From NCBI RefSeq assembly GCF_000195855.1, contig NC_002677.1, positions 2,490,001 through 2,522,000 on the forward strand: a stretch of DNA of 32,000 nt, read 5' to 3'. Within the stretch, counting starts at the first letter, position 1, and each line of letters begins with the position of its first letter. The notes under the pieces are model-generated. The model worked only from the letters and a program-made list of their open reading frames with translations. It searched no databases and had not been told where the DNA came from. Position numbers and translations under genes: made by a program. Positions 1-12,427 of the stretch are shown piece after piece. The DNA is from Mycobacterium leprae TN. GTDB lineage: Bacteria; Actinomycetota; Actinomycetes; Mycobacteriales; Mycobacteriaceae.

Positions 1-45
1 CAACACTACCGCTTTGACCGGTCGGTCGAGGGTATCAAGATTCAT
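1..45 (-). CDS. pstA1: Phosphate ABC transporter permease PstA, N-terminal codons only (runs off window edge)
   Basis: ATG (complement of CAT at 43-45) directly downstream of the pstC stop, reading MNLDTLDRPVKAVVL on the minus strand; gene order pstS-pstC-pstA as in Rv0928-Rv0930. Confidence 0.65.
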   Translation of the reverse strand, partial: MNLDTLDRPVKAVVL

Positions 46-62
46 CGAGAGCTCACCGCAGC

Positions 63-1022
63 TTATCCGTTCACCCTTCCGCCGGAGATTGCGCGAGCGA
101 CCGCGTTGACGACGAACGTCAGGAAGAACAGTGCAAATCCTGCTGCGATATATGCTCCGGTCGGCAGCGGTTGGCTAAATTCTGATGCCGCGGAGGCAAT
201 CTTAGAAGCGAACGTGTAACCACCGTCAAAAAGCGACCAATTGCCCGAGCGAGCGGCCGAACGCAGGATTATCAGAACCGCCAGGGTTTCTCCTAAAGCA
301 CGGCCCAAACCGAGCATTGCCGCCGCGGCAACGCCGCTACGGCCGAACGGCAGTACGGTCATCTGTACCACTTCCCACTTGGTCGCGCCCAGCGCCTGAG
401 CTGCTTCGATCTGAATGAGTGGGGTGTGGCGAAACACTTCGCGCGACACCGAGGTGACAATTGGCAGGATCATCACCGCTAGGACGATGCCGCTGGTGAA
501 AATGGTGCCGCCGCCAGCCAACGACACATTGCCCTGTTTGAACAGAAACAGCCATCCCAGGTTGTGGTTGAGAAACACCGCTATCGGCTGAAGCTTCGGC
601 GCCAACACGAATACCCCCCACAACCCGAAGATAATCGATGGCACCGCAGCCAGCAGATCAACCATCGCACTGAACAGACGCGACAGCCGTGCCGGAACAT
701 ATTGGGTAAGGAATACCGCGATTCCGATAGCCACCGGCACAGCCAACACCAGGGCACATATCGAACTCAGCACCGTCACCATGAAAAGGTCGCGGATACC
801 AAACGCGAGATTCTTATCACCGGTGGTGTCGAATTTTGCGCTGGTGAAAAAATTTGCATGGTTCGCGCGCAACGAGGGCACAGCACGAAGCAACAGGAAT
901 ATCGCGATCAGCAGGATCGCGGCGACGACCGTCGAACCAGCCGCGGCAGCGGCCGATTTGAACAGCCGATCGCACCGCCGGGTTACATATGAACCGACTG
1001 CTGCTGGCGTGGGCTTTATCAC
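63..1022 (-). CDS. pstC2: Phosphate ABC transporter permease PstC
   Basis: 319-aa uninterrupted ORF with the PstC-type multi-helix sequence ([50 protein letters not shown]) lying directly downstream of pstS. Confidence 0.93.
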   Translation of the reverse strand: MIKPTPAAVGSYVTRRCDRLFKSAAAAAGSTVVAAILLIAIFLLLRAVPSLRANHANFFTSAKFDTTGDKNLAFGIRDLFMVTVLSSICALVLAVPVAIGIAVFLTQYVPARLSRLFSAMVDLLAAVPSIIFGLWGVFVLAPKLQPIAVFLNHNLGWLFLFKQGNVSLAGGGTIFTSGIVLAVMILPIVTSVSREVFRHTPLIQIEAAQALGATKWEVVQMTVLPFGRSGVAAAAMLGLGRALGETLAVLIILRSAARSGNWSLFDGGYTFASKIASAASEFSQPLPTGAYIAAGFALFFLTFVVNAVARAISGGRVNG

Positions 1023-1064
1023 AGTCGCAGGTACTAACGAATTTGTCGCCGTGACGATGTCATA

Positions 1065-2174
1065 TCAAGCGATGGCATTAGCCGCAGTCGACAATCTGGA
1101 TTTGAAAGAATCCGGAATAGGTACATATCCGTTGTCCCCTAGGCCATTCTGGCCTCCACCGATGGTGCTCTGCAGGAATGCCTTCACAGCCCTACCGACC
1201 TGGGCATCGGGATACTTCGAGCAGACAATCTCGTAGGTCGCCAGCACGATTGGGTAGGAGCCGGGCTGAGCCGGCTTGTAAAACGAGACCGTGTCAAGCA
1301 CTAAATCGTTACCCTCTCCAATGATCGTAGCCCCAGAAATTGTCTTGCCGACCGAGTCGACGCTGATCGCAATGGGTTCTGGATCGGCCGACGTGGCGAT
1401 CTTGGCCGTGTTCAGCTTCCGCGCCGAAGCGAACGACCATTCGTTGTAGGTGATCGACCCTTCAGTGGACTTGACGGCCGCCGACGTACCGTCATTGCCC
1501 TTGGCACCCTCACCAACACCGCCTTTAAAGGTCTTGCCGATACCTTTGCCCCACTCACCGTTTGATGCGACGTCAAGGTACCTCTGGAAATTATCCGTGG
1601 TACCGGACTCGTCGTTGCGGAACACGACATGAATCGGCTCAGCCGGAAGGGCGACGCCAGTGTTCAGCGCTTGGATCGCGGGATCGTTCCAACTGGCGAT
1701 GGAACCATTGAAGATCTTCGCGGTTGTCGGACCGTCCAGGTTCAGTGAACTCAGGCCGTTCACGTTGTAAGTGATCGCGATGGGGCCGAAGACCACCGGT
1801 AAATTCCACGCCTGCGAGCCACAACGTTGCTCTGCTGCGGCATACTCCTTCCTACTCAACGGTGAGTCTGAGCCACCGAAATCTGTTTGATTACCGTTGA
1901 ATTCGCTAACCCCCGCACCGGAACCATTAGCCGTATAGTTCAACGTCTGTCCTGGACATGACCGTTCGAACGCATTAACAAAGCGGGTCATCGCGTTGGC
2001 CTGGGCTGTCGACCCGCTAGCTTTCAGTGTCGGCTTCCCACCGCAGCTCACCTGGCCTGACGATGGGCCTGTCCGTGCACTTCCTACAGCTGCGTTGTTG
2101 TCGCTGCCGCAGCCCGACAACAGCGCACCAGTAGCCAGGAGCCCAATCGCGGCACCAAACTGGTTGAGCTTCAA
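1065..2174 (-). CDS. pstS3: Phosphate-binding lipoprotein PstS
   Basis: 369-aa ORF with lipobox (LLSGC) and PstS signatures ([47 protein letters not shown]). Confidence 0.93.
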   Translation of the reverse strand: MKLNQFGAAIGLLATGALLSGCGSDNNAAVGSARTGPSSGQVSCGGKPTLKASGSTAQANAMTRFVNAFERSCPGQTLNYTANGSGAGVSEFNGNQTDFGGSDSPLSRKEYAAAEQRCGSQAWNLPVVFGPIAITYNVNGLSSLNLDGPTTAKIFNGSIASWNDPAIQALNTGVALPAEPIHVVFRNDESGTTDNFQRYLDVASNGEWGKGIGKTFKGGVGEGAKGNDGTSAAVKSTEGSITYNEWSFASARKLNTAKIATSADPEPIAISVDSVGKTISGATIIGEGNDLVLDTVSFYKPAQPGSYPIVLATYEIVCSKYPDAQVGRAVKAFLQSTIGGGQNGLGDNGYVPIPDSFKSRLSTAANAIA

Positions 2175-2516
2175 TCTAGCTCCTCACGGTAGCGTAAATC
2201 TGACTGCCCCCAGTAGAGCCGGCGCTCCAACTAGCCGTCTTATCCGGAGTCATGAGGCTACATTAACAAGGTTTACCTGCGGAACATTTTGACTGGCCGT
2301 TGCTGATAGACAGCAGAACTCCCCGGGCCCACACACTCTACTCGAACATAATTTCGATAAACTTTTCGCTGGGGCGGGCGGTCATCAAGGCGGAGCATTG
2401 CATTGGCACGCCCATACGACAAACTAGTACCTATTCCACTGACCGAAACGGTGAGGTTCTCTGCCCTGTCGGTTGACATGCCCTGTCGGCTGACAGTTGC
2501 ATGAGAAGGACCGCAA

Positions 2517-3292
2517 TGATCCTTGGCAGTTTCCGTCGCGACGACAAAGTCGCCGTCATAACCGGTGACGACCGCGACCTCGATGCAGCCATCGTGGTAG
2601 CTTTCGCCGAAACCGACACCGATGTCGTAATCGCGTCGCGAACGCAATCCGCACTAGACGCTGTCGCCGAACAAGTCCGGTCCGCCGGCCGGCGCTCTAC
2701 ACACCGGCGCCGGCGACCTGGCATATCCCAACATCACCACACACCTGGCCGGTTTAGGCCGCCGAGGCGTTCGAGAGACTAGACATTGCCGTCAACAACG
2801 TCGGACGGGACCATGCCGAACATCTCAACTAAGAACCTGAAAAACGCATGCACGTTCAATGTCGGCACCACCCACGCGTTGACCGTCGCAGCGGTGCCGT
2901 TGATGTTCGAGCACCCCGATTGCTGCAGCGTGATCAACATCAGCTCCACGATGGTCCGATTGGACGGACACGTGGTTTCTGCCGCCTACGGCACCACCAA
3001 AGCCACATCGTCGCAATACACGCGACTAAGCCGGCACTGGACCTATTCCGGGTCAACGCCATCGCACCTAGGTCCATCCGCACCTCCGCATTGGATTTAG
3101 TTGCCGCCAACGTCGAGCTACGGGCCCCGATGGAGCAGGTGACACCGATGCGCCGCCCCGGCAATCCCTGCGACATCGCGACTGCGACAGTGTATTTGAC
3201 GTCTCCTGCCAGCATCTATTTAACTGGCATGATCTGGAAGTCGATGGTAACTTCACTTGCTCGAATCTTGACCTAGCCATCCCGGACCTGTG
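2517..3292 (+). pseudogene. Short-chain dehydrogenase/reductase, Rv0927c-like, frameshifted
   Basis: Fragments in different frames: [60 protein letters not shown], then [33 protein letters not shown], then [43 protein letters not shown]. Confidence 0.85.
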
Positions 3293-3317
3293 CCTCCCCA
3301 CCATGAGGGAGCCAACC

Positions 3318-4400
3318 ATGTTCATACCCGTCATCCAATTGGGCACCGGTGACGTCGGCGTCCATACGCTCAGAGCACTTATCCCCAAGCGAAAACCGAG
3401 CTAACCGACGTCTAGGTGTCATCGGAAGCCAATACAAGTAAGGACGCGGCATAGCTTGCCGACGCGATGAACGTGCGAGCCAGCACTGACCTGGACGCGA
3501 TGCCCGCCACCGGGCCACGATGCGCCGTCTACGGCGCTATGGCCGATAATCGGCTACCCGGAAGCTTTGGCGGACTATCGTCGTGTACTGGCCGCAAGAG
3601 TCAACATTGTCGGCAGCGATCCTTGTCTTCCTGCAGTATCCGTGGCAAGTAATCCCCGATCTCATCGGATCCTTAGAAGACATTGCGTGCACATAACAAG
3701 GTAATCCGAGCCTGTACGTCACACGGTATCGATCCGGGCTTCGCAAACGACCTGTTGCCGCTGGCATTGCCCGGCACCTACCAGAACCAGAGCATCCAGC
3801 AGCAGGTGCGTTGTATGAAGACCATAGACTATGGGGGACTACGCCACCTACGACAGCACCATCGTCATGTTCGACGTGATGGGGTTTGGTAAGCCACTCG
3901 ACGAGATCCCGATAATGTTGGAACCTAGTGCACTGGGCTTGGTATGGGGATCGGTAGCCCGACAACGTGCTGCGGGCCAGCATTATTTCGTTCGACGAAC
4001 TCACCGAAAAGCACGTCCGGGAAACGGCACCCGAAGCCATCGACATCGCGTCAAGCCACATTCCCCAGGACAACGCTACAACAGTACGATTCGAAGTGCT
4101 AAAGATGGTCAACGGTGAGTCTTAAGAACACGCCACCCAGTTATACGCGAAGACCTGTATCCCGATTGACTGGAACCCGCTCAGCTTGACGGTTCATACC
4201 GCATCGAAGCCGCCTATAAGACCATCCTACGCAATGAACATCTGCCTGCGCAGCCAGGGCCCAGGGCTATCACAACCGCACCGGACTGGTGACCACCGCG
4301 ACGCGGGCCTTCAACGCGACCCCTGCGGTGGTGGCCACCCCGCCGAAGTATCGTGGACGATCCCTGGACCTGCCGCTAAGCACCGATTGGGGGAGCTACC
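3318..4400 (+). pseudogene. Rv0926c-like conserved protein (dihydrodipicolinate-reductase-like N-terminus), decayed
   Basis: Shifting frames give MFIPVIQLGTGDVGVHTLRALIPK, DAMPATGPRCAVYGAMADNRLP, HGIDPGFANDLLPLALPGT, DYATYDSTIVMFDVMGFGKPLDEIPIMLEPSALGLVWGS. Confidence 0.75.
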
Positions 4401-4501
4401 TCCCCCGGGCAACGTGGTGACCAACCTGTCCAGACAGACCCTCGGTAGGTGCCCAGGGCCAATCCCGACTACCGCTAACCCGGCCCTCACCATAGCAAGA
4501 A

Positions 4502-5782
4502 TTGTTCGTTAACCTCACTTGCCTATCGGAGGGTAATGGATCGAGGGGTAAAGCGTTGGCAGAGAGCACCCAGGCCGAGCTTAAAACGAGCTGGTATTTG
4601 CTCGGACCAGCTTTCGTCGCCGCGATCGCCTACGTCGATCCCGGAAATGTGGCAGCCAACGTCAGCTCCGGCGCACAATTCGGCTATCTGCAACTGTGGG
4701 TGGTCGTCGTGGCCAATGTGCTGGCCGGCCTGGTGCAGTACCTGTCAGCGAAGCTTGGGCTAGTGACCGGACAGTCACTTCCCCAGGCAATCAGCAAGCA
4801 AATGAGTCATCCGTTCCGACTGGGCTTTTGGTTGCAGGCCGAACTGGTAGCGATGGCAACCGATGTTGCTGAAATCGTAGGCGGGGCCATCGCCTTCCAC
4901 ATCTTGTTTAGAGTATCATTGCTGCTCGGCGGGGTGATCACTGGGACGGTGTCGTTGCTGCTACTGATGGTGAAGGACCGTCGAGGCCAACTCTTGTTCG
5001 AGCGCGTCATCACTGGACTGCTGTTTGTCATTGTCGTCGGCTTCACGTCCAGTTTCTTCGTCGCGACGCCCTCACCCGAAGACATGGTAAACGGCCTACT
5101 GCCGCGCTTCCAGGGAACCGAAAGCGTACTGCTGGCCGCCGCTATCATAGGCGCCACCGTGATGCCGCACGCGGTGTACCTGCATTCCGGTCTTGCCCTG
5201 GACCGGCACGGACACCCCCACGCGGGCCGTAGCCGGCGTCGACTACTCCGCGTCACCCGCTTGGACGTCATCCTGGCGATGACGATCGCCGGAATCGTGA
5301 ATACGGCGATGCTACTAGTGGCCGCGATCAACCTGCAGCATCATCAGGTAACCGCTTACATCGAGGGCACTTACACCGCCATACAGGACACCTTGGGAGC
5401 GACGATCGCGATGCTGTTTGCGATCGGGTTACTCGCCTCCAGTTTGGCATCCGCATCGGTGGGCGCCTATGCCGGTGCCTTGATCATGCAAGGATTGCTA
5501 CAGCGGTCCATTCCCATGCTGATACGGCGCTTGATCACATTGTGCCCCGCGATCGCGATCCTGGCGCTCGGTTTCGACCCCACTCGCGCATTGGTGCTAT
5601 CCCAGATAGTACTGTCCTTCGGTATACCGTTCGCGGTGCTTCCACTGGTCAAACTGACCAACAACCGCGGACTGATGGGTAACGATACCAACCATCCCGC
5701 CACAACTGTTCTCGGCTGGGCCGTCGCGATATTGGTTAGTCTGCTTAACGTGGTGCTGATCTACCTGACCGTGACCAGTTAA
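4502..5782 (+). CDS. mntH: NRAMP-family divalent metal (Mn2+/Fe2+) transporter MntH; true start may be internal to the listed ORF
   Basis: 426-aa ORF with the NRAMP signatures AFVAAIAYVDPGNVAANVSSGAQFGYLQLW and ATVMPHAVYLHSGL; Rv0924c-like, syntenic with the Rv0926c/Rv0927c remnants. Confidence 0.95.
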   Translation: MFVNLTCLSEGNGSRGKALAESTQAELKTSWYLLGPAFVAAIAYVDPGNVAANVSSGAQFGYLQLWVVVVANVLAGLVQYLSAKLGLVTGQSLPQAISKQMSHPFRLGFWLQAELVAMATDVAEIVGGAIAFHILFRVSLLLGGVITGTVSLLLLMVKDRRGQLLFERVITGLLFVIVVGFTSSFFVATPSPEDMVNGLLPRFQGTESVLLAAAIIGATVMPHAVYLHSGLALDRHGHPHAGRSRRRLLRVTRLDVILAMTIAGIVNTAMLLVAAINLQHHQVTAYIEGTYTAIQDTLGATIAMLFAIGLLASSLASASVGAYAGALIMQGLLQRSIPMLIRRLITLCPAIAILALGFDPTRALVLSQIVLSFGIPFAVLPLVKLTNNRGLMGNDTNHPATTVLGWAVAILVSLLNVVLIYLTVTS

Positions 5783-6119
5783 ATGCCGGCCGGCATACGT
5801 ATCTCGCATATGGCCGAACCTGTGCGTAAGGAAGATGACACCGAACAGCTCGACAGCAGGTAGACGCGCTAAACCTTACCGGTTCAGGAGTTGACCAGGC
5901 AATGTGTGCCGTTGCATTCGACGGAGCGCAGGAACGCGTCGGTGACTCTGACCGACAGGTTGAAAAAGAAAGCTCACTGTGTCTTTACATTTTGATGGTA
6001 ACGAAGTAATAAATATCCGAATGTGATTACGTCGAGGACCGCCATGCATGCACCGTGGCAACGACCACCGATCGAAACCACATATGCCGCCATGTTAAAC
6101 AGTTAAAGGTAAAGAATTC

Positions 6120-6500
6120 GGCACCCTCGCGGTGCCGGCTGTAGTGGGACACTCGATCCTCGACGGGTCACAGGTAAACAAAAGTGTAACCAACGCCCCC
6201 GCAAGTGCGTTGGATCCCGACAGCATGTCCAAGAATCATGAAGATCGAGTGCAGCTAATTTTCCACAGGCAGAGCCAAACATACAGAGAGCAGGCCGATG
6301 TTGGTGCCCGCGTTCATCAGCATGGGCGAGTTCGGCAGAAATTCAAGATCGCGCAGCAGCGCCGAGAAGCGCTCTGCCCACCACACCGAGGTGACACTCT
6401 GGTCCCCATCCTTGGCACCCGTGGCGAAGGACGCCACTTAGTCCATTATCTCTACCAATCGACTCGGTCGACCTAACGTGCTCGTCGCACAGGAGATAAT
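6120..6500 (-). pseudogene. nrdZ: Fragment of adenosylcobalamin-dependent (class II) ribonucleotide reductase, NrdZ-like
   Basis: Minus-strand FSALLRDLEFLPNSPMLMNAGTNIGLLSVCLALPVEN followed in a shifted frame by SIFMILGHAVGIQ..CGGVGYTF, matching the RNR FLPNSPTLMNAG...LPVEDS core. Confidence 0.75.
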
Positions 6501-8689
6501 CGTTTCTACGGTACCACCACTGCATACAGGCCCAGTTTCAGCTCGTCACACACCCCGAACAGGGCTTTTGCCATGCGCAACTCGCTGCGCCGCTACTGAT
6601 AGATGATCTAGACCCGAACGATGTAGTCCAGGTTGGATTCGCCGAACCCACACCTCAACAAAATCCTGAATACGTTTAATGAGTAAAATTGAGGACTCCA
6701 GCGCATAAGCAACAGCCCGGACTAGCGTGGCCGGCATGTAGAGGCCGTCATAACCCACCTAGCTGCTGGCGCGCGACCGTTGCCTCAATCCGTCTGACGT
6801 TGCAGCGAGGGAGTACCCGATCGCGGCACCGGACCGGCACCAGCCACACCGATTTCATCGGCTCCGAAAACGCCTACTTGCTCTTATCGTGGGAGAGGGC
6901 TGGCTGCACAGCATCGAAACCGATGTTGGGCACGCTCGTCGGTGTCCTTCTGCTCCGCAACCGTGACGACGACCGCGTCGACGCTAGGAACAACGATCCC
7001 CTCATGGTCGGTGGCTAGACATACGAGACATACGGTAATACCCATCTGGGAAGTGAACCGCCGGTAATCAGTCCCCGGTGGTCTGGTTGATCGATTGTGG
7101 TGCCCTTGATCACCAACCAGTCACCGCCCTTTACCTCCAGGCGATTCATCCTTATCTTCGGGAATTCCATTGTTCATGCGTTCGACCCGTCAGCGGAAAG
7201 GGTATAACAGTAACCACCTTAGATGACCAAAGATCCGTCGCTGTCTCGGCTGAGAGTACACGATGGGGGTTGATCTTTGAGCTCGATCGCGCTACGAACG
7301 ATCGCTGATCACGACGCTACCCTGGACGGTGCGGCATGTTCCTAGGCCCCAGGCAACATTCCCCAAACCACGTATCTTTTCCACGAGCCGGATGGGGTAC
7401 ACCATCGCGAGACACGCTAATGTGCCCGGACATACTCAGTTTATCATCTGGCCGCAGCATCGGCATCAGCCAATCAGCGAAGCTTTCCACATCCCCGCAC
7501 AGCATTTTAGCCGGTGAGCTCAACGCCCGCGAAAATTTATTCGCTGATATCTGCGGCCACGGAAAGACGGACATGACCCACCCTAACGTATGCGCTGTAG
7601 GTTAGCTGCGGCATCGATGGCTCAAACGTGGTTAACACCACATCCTATTGGGCTGCTGACGAAGCAATCACCCGAGATGTGGTTTTTCCTTAGATGTAGC
7701 AGCCGCCGACATCGCGGCTATCCACTCGAGCGAGCATTTCAGGCTGCAGATCGCAAGGCTGAACCACCGCCGCGGTGACGCCTGTAGCCGCCGCGGCGGA
7801 CAAGCCAGTCAAGATCGAAACCGACATTGTCGGAGCGCTACCGTGGCTAGCGTCAATTAACGAATCGTCTGCGGCAGAGATGCTATGCGTGGGGTCACTC
7901 GAATTAAGGCGCGCAGGCGACGTGCCAGGACCGACGGCAACAAAGACAGCAGATGGCGAATGGACTGCTATCAGCACTGAATAGTTCACTTGATAGCGAC
8001 TTCAGCATTAAAAACAAGTTCCTCGAATACAAACCTGTACCTCACCCCGATCTTGGTACTCAGGGCCAGGACAGAACCCGTTCAATTGGGCTGCATCGGT
8101 AGCGGCCAAATCGCTTCGCCAATGCGACCTTGTACCGCCGCAACCATATCAGTTGTTGACTTGTGTTCGGTGCTGATGGTGCACCACTAAACCGAGCTGA
8201 AGTCCTAAAAGACGCTGCTGAGGAAATCAGCATAGGATCACAACGACACCGATTCCAACATAGTCAAGTTGCTCGACCAGCGTCACAGTGTCGGTACCGG
8301 CCCCGATGCGGACCGGTACCGACACTGTTAAGCGCGGCCAGCATCATCATATCGTGGATCACCGATCAAGCTTACCGATGTGATTGCGTTGTGGTTCAAC
8401 GAATGTTGTCACTCTATATGGCGCTGTTGTGCGCTGGCATCGCTTGTAAGTCGTCTACGCACCCAAACGACGCGATCATGCTCGGGCTGTGGCTGTGTGC
8501 GATAGTGACTTCTAACCCCTTCGAGAAGGGACACTTACGAACGCCGACGCCCAGGCCGTCCGGCACTCGTCTGCCTTGCTTAATAGTCAATTTCAATTCT
8601 GAACTCCATAACAAGGTAACAAGCACAGGCTGCTTGCCACTACGATAATTGGCTGCCTGGCGGTGTCCACAGGGCGACTGACGGCGATT

Positions 8690-9120
8690 CGCTTGCTCTA
8701 TCCGCAGTTTCGCCAGCTTGTTTCCGGAACGTCAACTCAACGGTAGCGAGCTGTCGTTATACCTGGACGGCACACCGGTTGTTGACGGGTGGACCAGATG
8801 GGCCAATAGTCGTGGCAGCATGCCGTGGTCGACTGACATGGGCACGATGGTGATTTCCGTAACCAAGGGCTTGGCATCCCTAGTCATCCATCGGCTTGTC
8901 GACCGAAGGATGTACTTGCCTACGATATACCGGTCGCCGAATAGTGGCCCGTGTTCGGCGCGAACGGCAAATCAGCCAGCACCCATTGGCTACAGGATAC
9001 GGCGCCGGACCGGGCTGTCCCACTTGGGCGGGGGAAATACCACCAACTTGATGTACCACCACCTTATGAAAGGCTGAACTGGCGGCAGCGACGCCAGAAC
9101 GGCCGCTGGATAAGACAACC
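8690..9120 (+). pseudogene. Beta-lactamase-class esterase/lipase (LipD/LipL/LipE-like) N-terminal fragment
   Basis: ERQLNGSELSLYLDGTPVVDGWTRWA...TMVISVTKGLASLVIHRLVDR (SxxK motif SVTK), then FGANGKSA and RTGLSHLGG in shifted frames. Confidence 0.65.
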
Positions 9121-9709
9121 CTACCATGCCTTGACCTAAGGATGGTTGATTTTCGAGTTGGTGCGCGCAGTCAAGAGCAAGGAAAGGCGCGAGCTGATCC
9201 GAGTGGAGCTGACCCAGTCACTGAACACCAACAGACTGCATCTGGGCCGGCCACCAGCCGACGCGCCGACCCACACAGCACAGATCATCACCCCGCAGAA
9301 CACCAAAACAAACCCACTGTTGAACTTCGTGGCACCGAAAATCGCCGTCTTCTCGTTCTCGGCCACTTCCGGGGATAGGTACTTTCCACCATGCACGCTT
9401 TGTCCAAGAAGATATTATGGCACAATACGTGCAAGATCAGCAGCTAATGAGGTGTGCACCATATGTGCGCTGGCACGCGTCTATGGTGTGATCACCAACA
9501 GGGGATAGCTCGACGGAATACAATAAAAATATACTGTCTTAATTGTCACCCGGGCGGGTGGCCGGCTTAACCGGCAGGCCCAGCCTGCAACCCGACCACA
9601 ACTTTTTCCTACCGCTGGCCTGCCACGTGAGATATCACGCGGTGCCCATATCCATGGAGCATTGCCCGGATTCGATCACACCCAGCATAGGCGGGCCAAA
9701 TAGGATGAA

Positions 9710-9752
9710 CCGGTCCGGCAAAGCCGAATCGCATTCGGCTTTGCCGGACCGG
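9710..9752. repeat. Perfect hairpin: 20-bp inverted repeat with 3-nt loop (possible bidirectional terminator)
   Basis: CCGGTCCGGCAAAGCCGAAT-CGC-ATTCGGCTTTGCCGGACCGG, all 20 bp complementary. Confidence 0.85.
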
Positions 9753-10329
9753 CCACCAACCCCTATGATCTTCGACCATGCTACCTTCACCGGGCTTGGC
9801 ACACTGCTACACCGCCGTAGCCCAAAAGGGCGACTATGAACAAGCCACTCCCACCTCATAGGATACCACTAAAACATAGGATCATCCATAGAGGGTCACG
9901 GCCGGGATAGCCCCCATGACGGTGCCGTTTCTGGCACTTGCTGCGGCTTGGACGTACCTACGGCGATTTTTTGGTCAATAGCAGCTCAAACTACGGGTGG
10001 AAAATGCGGAGGTACAGGGCCCAGATAACCAAAGCCGAGGAAGACGGCGGTTGCACCCCGGGAGCCAGGCATCGGCCCGGGATGGCTTTAACTGAACGGC
10101 GCAGTAGTTTTTAGCCACGTACACGACGAATGCCCACAGCCCGGAAAGTATGTTCCGCGCTCCCTAACCCCAGTGTGGCGGGCTGCACCGTGCAGCTCCT
10201 TTCACCCTTTGATGCCACAGCTTTGGATCTATCGGCCTGCGAGCAGGGGGATCAGCCCTTTCACCATACCCAGGAAATAAAGCGGACGACCCTGCGAGCT
10301 AGCCCGGCGAGGTGGCTGGTTTCGATGAC

Positions 10330-11640
10330 AGCGTCGATGCCCTTATAGTCCTAGGGTCTTCCCTGCGGAACTTGCCACGCACGAGTATGCCATCCTCCCC
10401 GAGGCTTCTGCTCAACACCTCGGCGTTGGTGTTACGGCCGATTCAGTGGCGGCTTTGCACTCTGCCGGCGCTGCGTGCGGTGAAAAGAAAGCGGGATTGT
10501 ACGGTGCACCGGCCAGCCCTTACGAGACGGTGTCCATCGGTCCGGGGATAAGCACCGATTTAGCCGACCACGGCCAGTTCAGCCGGCACATCGGGATGTT
10601 ACAGCCGGTAGCGAGCCGGCAACACCCTTGCGATGCACGCATAGGGTGTGTATCTGGCCGTCGACGGGGTGCTCTTCGCAGTTTGGCTCGGCTGTACGAT
10701 GCATTATAAAACAAGTCCAGCAAGGTCGTGGTTTGCTTGTCGAACACCCGACGAGTCGCTTCGGTGAACAGCTGACGGTTGGCGCGTCCGTAGTTGGCCA
10801 CCGCGGCCAGGCAGACAAACTTGGCCTTTGGGTGAGCGGACGGACACGCACGCCAACTGAGGGTCTTGTACTTGAATACTGCAACTGTCCAAGGCAGTTT
10901 GCCATCTGGTGTACGTTATCGGTACAGATCTGGTGGCCCGAGCCGCGTGAGCAGGTACGGATCATGCCGCACGCGGTGCCTGAGGGGAGACCTATCTGTG
11001 TGGTGGTGTCGTAACACGCTTTCCACGTCCTGCACTTCCAAGATACAGCTGCCCGAATTCAGGTAGCCAATCTGCTCAAGCCTTCGTTCGATCACTCGCT
11101 AACTAACCGCCGCCGCGTCGGTCCCCATGAGCACGTCGCCGTCCTCGCAACGCTACAAGTCACGCGCAACACCGTGTCCCTGTTGCACCACAAACTTGGC
11201 GCCGTCGATGAAAATATCCTCCAGCACAGCGCAGTTGGACAACAGCCACACGCCATTGGTGCCCAAACCGCACGGTATCGCGACATCGAGGCGCGGTGTC
11301 GAGGTGGTCCAATCATCACGCGGATCTTTGGTGGCAGCCGCTGGCGATCCAGGCTACTGACTAAACGCCTTACCCAGCAAGAGATGTCAAAGCCAACCCC
11401 ACCGGGGGAGACAACTCCGACGGCGTCGATATCGGTTACGGCCACACCGCCAGTCGAAAACCCATAGCCCCAATGCACGTCCGGCATCGCATACGACGCC
11501 CGAACAATCCTGGGCAGCGTGGGTCCCCACAGTGGCCACCTGAACCAGCACCATATCGGCCCTCGGACAACAGTAACCTGATCCCAGGCACCCGGACAGC
11601 TTGTTCGATCCGGAACCGGTCTAGAGTCTCCTCGACGATT
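10330..11640 (-). pseudogene. rtcB: RNA ligase RtcB (Rv2631-like), frameshifted
   Basis: [18 protein letters not shown]; [53 protein letters not shown] (RtcB core with degraded GVRLL); C-terminal fragments ANYGRANRQLFTEATRRVF, VLIPGPMDT. Confidence 0.88.
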
Positions 11641-11960
11641 TGCATACGAATGATCCCCTCACTCAACACATCCAATGTCACCACACACCGCAGGCCATGC
11701 TCGGCGTACGAGAAGCGAACATCGTTGACCGACAACATCTTCAGCAAAGAACAGATCTGATGCAGTGTCGTTGCATCAACCATCAAAAGTTAGCGTCGAC
11801 GGCGCTGTCTGCACCGTTCGGATTGACATCAACCGGCACCTCACGCTTACTATCCAGCAAAGTAAATTACCTCATCCAGCACCGCTGCCAGCAGATCGTC
11901 GTCCCGGTCGGTAGTCAGCCGGCTTAGGCGGGTATGGCGCGGCTTAATCTACGAGGAATC
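11640..11960 (-). pseudogene. Archease (Rv2630-like) remnant, C-terminal half
   Basis: Minus strand shows DDLLAAVLDEVIYF..., then DATTLHQICSLLKMLSVNDVRFSYAEHGLRCVVTLDV; sits immediately upstream of rtcB, as in the conserved archease-rtcB pair. Confidence 0.65.
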
Positions 11961-12005
11961 CAGGAAACTTTCTACCGTGACGAGCACAGCCTCCCTGATA
12001 CAGCC

Positions 12006-12427
12006 ATCACGTGTCCAACGAATGCCCACGCCTCGATCCGCAGCACACTACGATGCCCTGATGGCTGCTCTGCCAACGCTTTGCGTGGGTTTGTTCTAGG
12101 AATTTGCGGTGCGCCACCCGGCTCAGGTGATCAGTGAACCGGTCGCGGGGCAAACACCGCGACCCACTCGAGGGTGCCTGGTTCTTCGAAGAGGTGGGTG
12201 GAGCTGGGAAACCACGACGATTTCGTGCGTGCCAGGTATCACCGACCCCGCCCGACGATTCAGACTTCACCATATCAGCTCACAACCTAGCAGCGTGGGT
12301 GAGCGAACCTTGGTCAAGACCTAGCCTAGCCAGGTCAGGTCACCCGCCGCGCTACACCACCGCCGCTACCCTCACGGCGGGGATCGGCCACGACGGCCAG
12401 CGCAGCACCTGCCCCGGTGCTCGCACC
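12006..12427 (+). repeat. Copy A of 422-bp perfect inverted repeat
   Basis: Compared line by line with the reverse complement of 14357-14778 with no mismatch found; flanking bases diverge immediately on both sides. Confidence 0.97.

Noticed and set aside
4807-5331. 174-aa minus-strand ORF
   Set aside because: Antisense shadow of mntH with low-complexity Ser/Thr/Pro-rich composition.
5783-5796. 14-bp palindrome ATGCCGGCCGGCAT right after the mntH stop
   Set aside because: Short and without a loop; the sequence alone does not support calling it a terminator or binding site.
9146-9508. 120-aa plus-strand ORF downstream of the esterase remnant
   Set aside because: No recognisable motif, competing ORFs on both strands; coding status cannot be supported.
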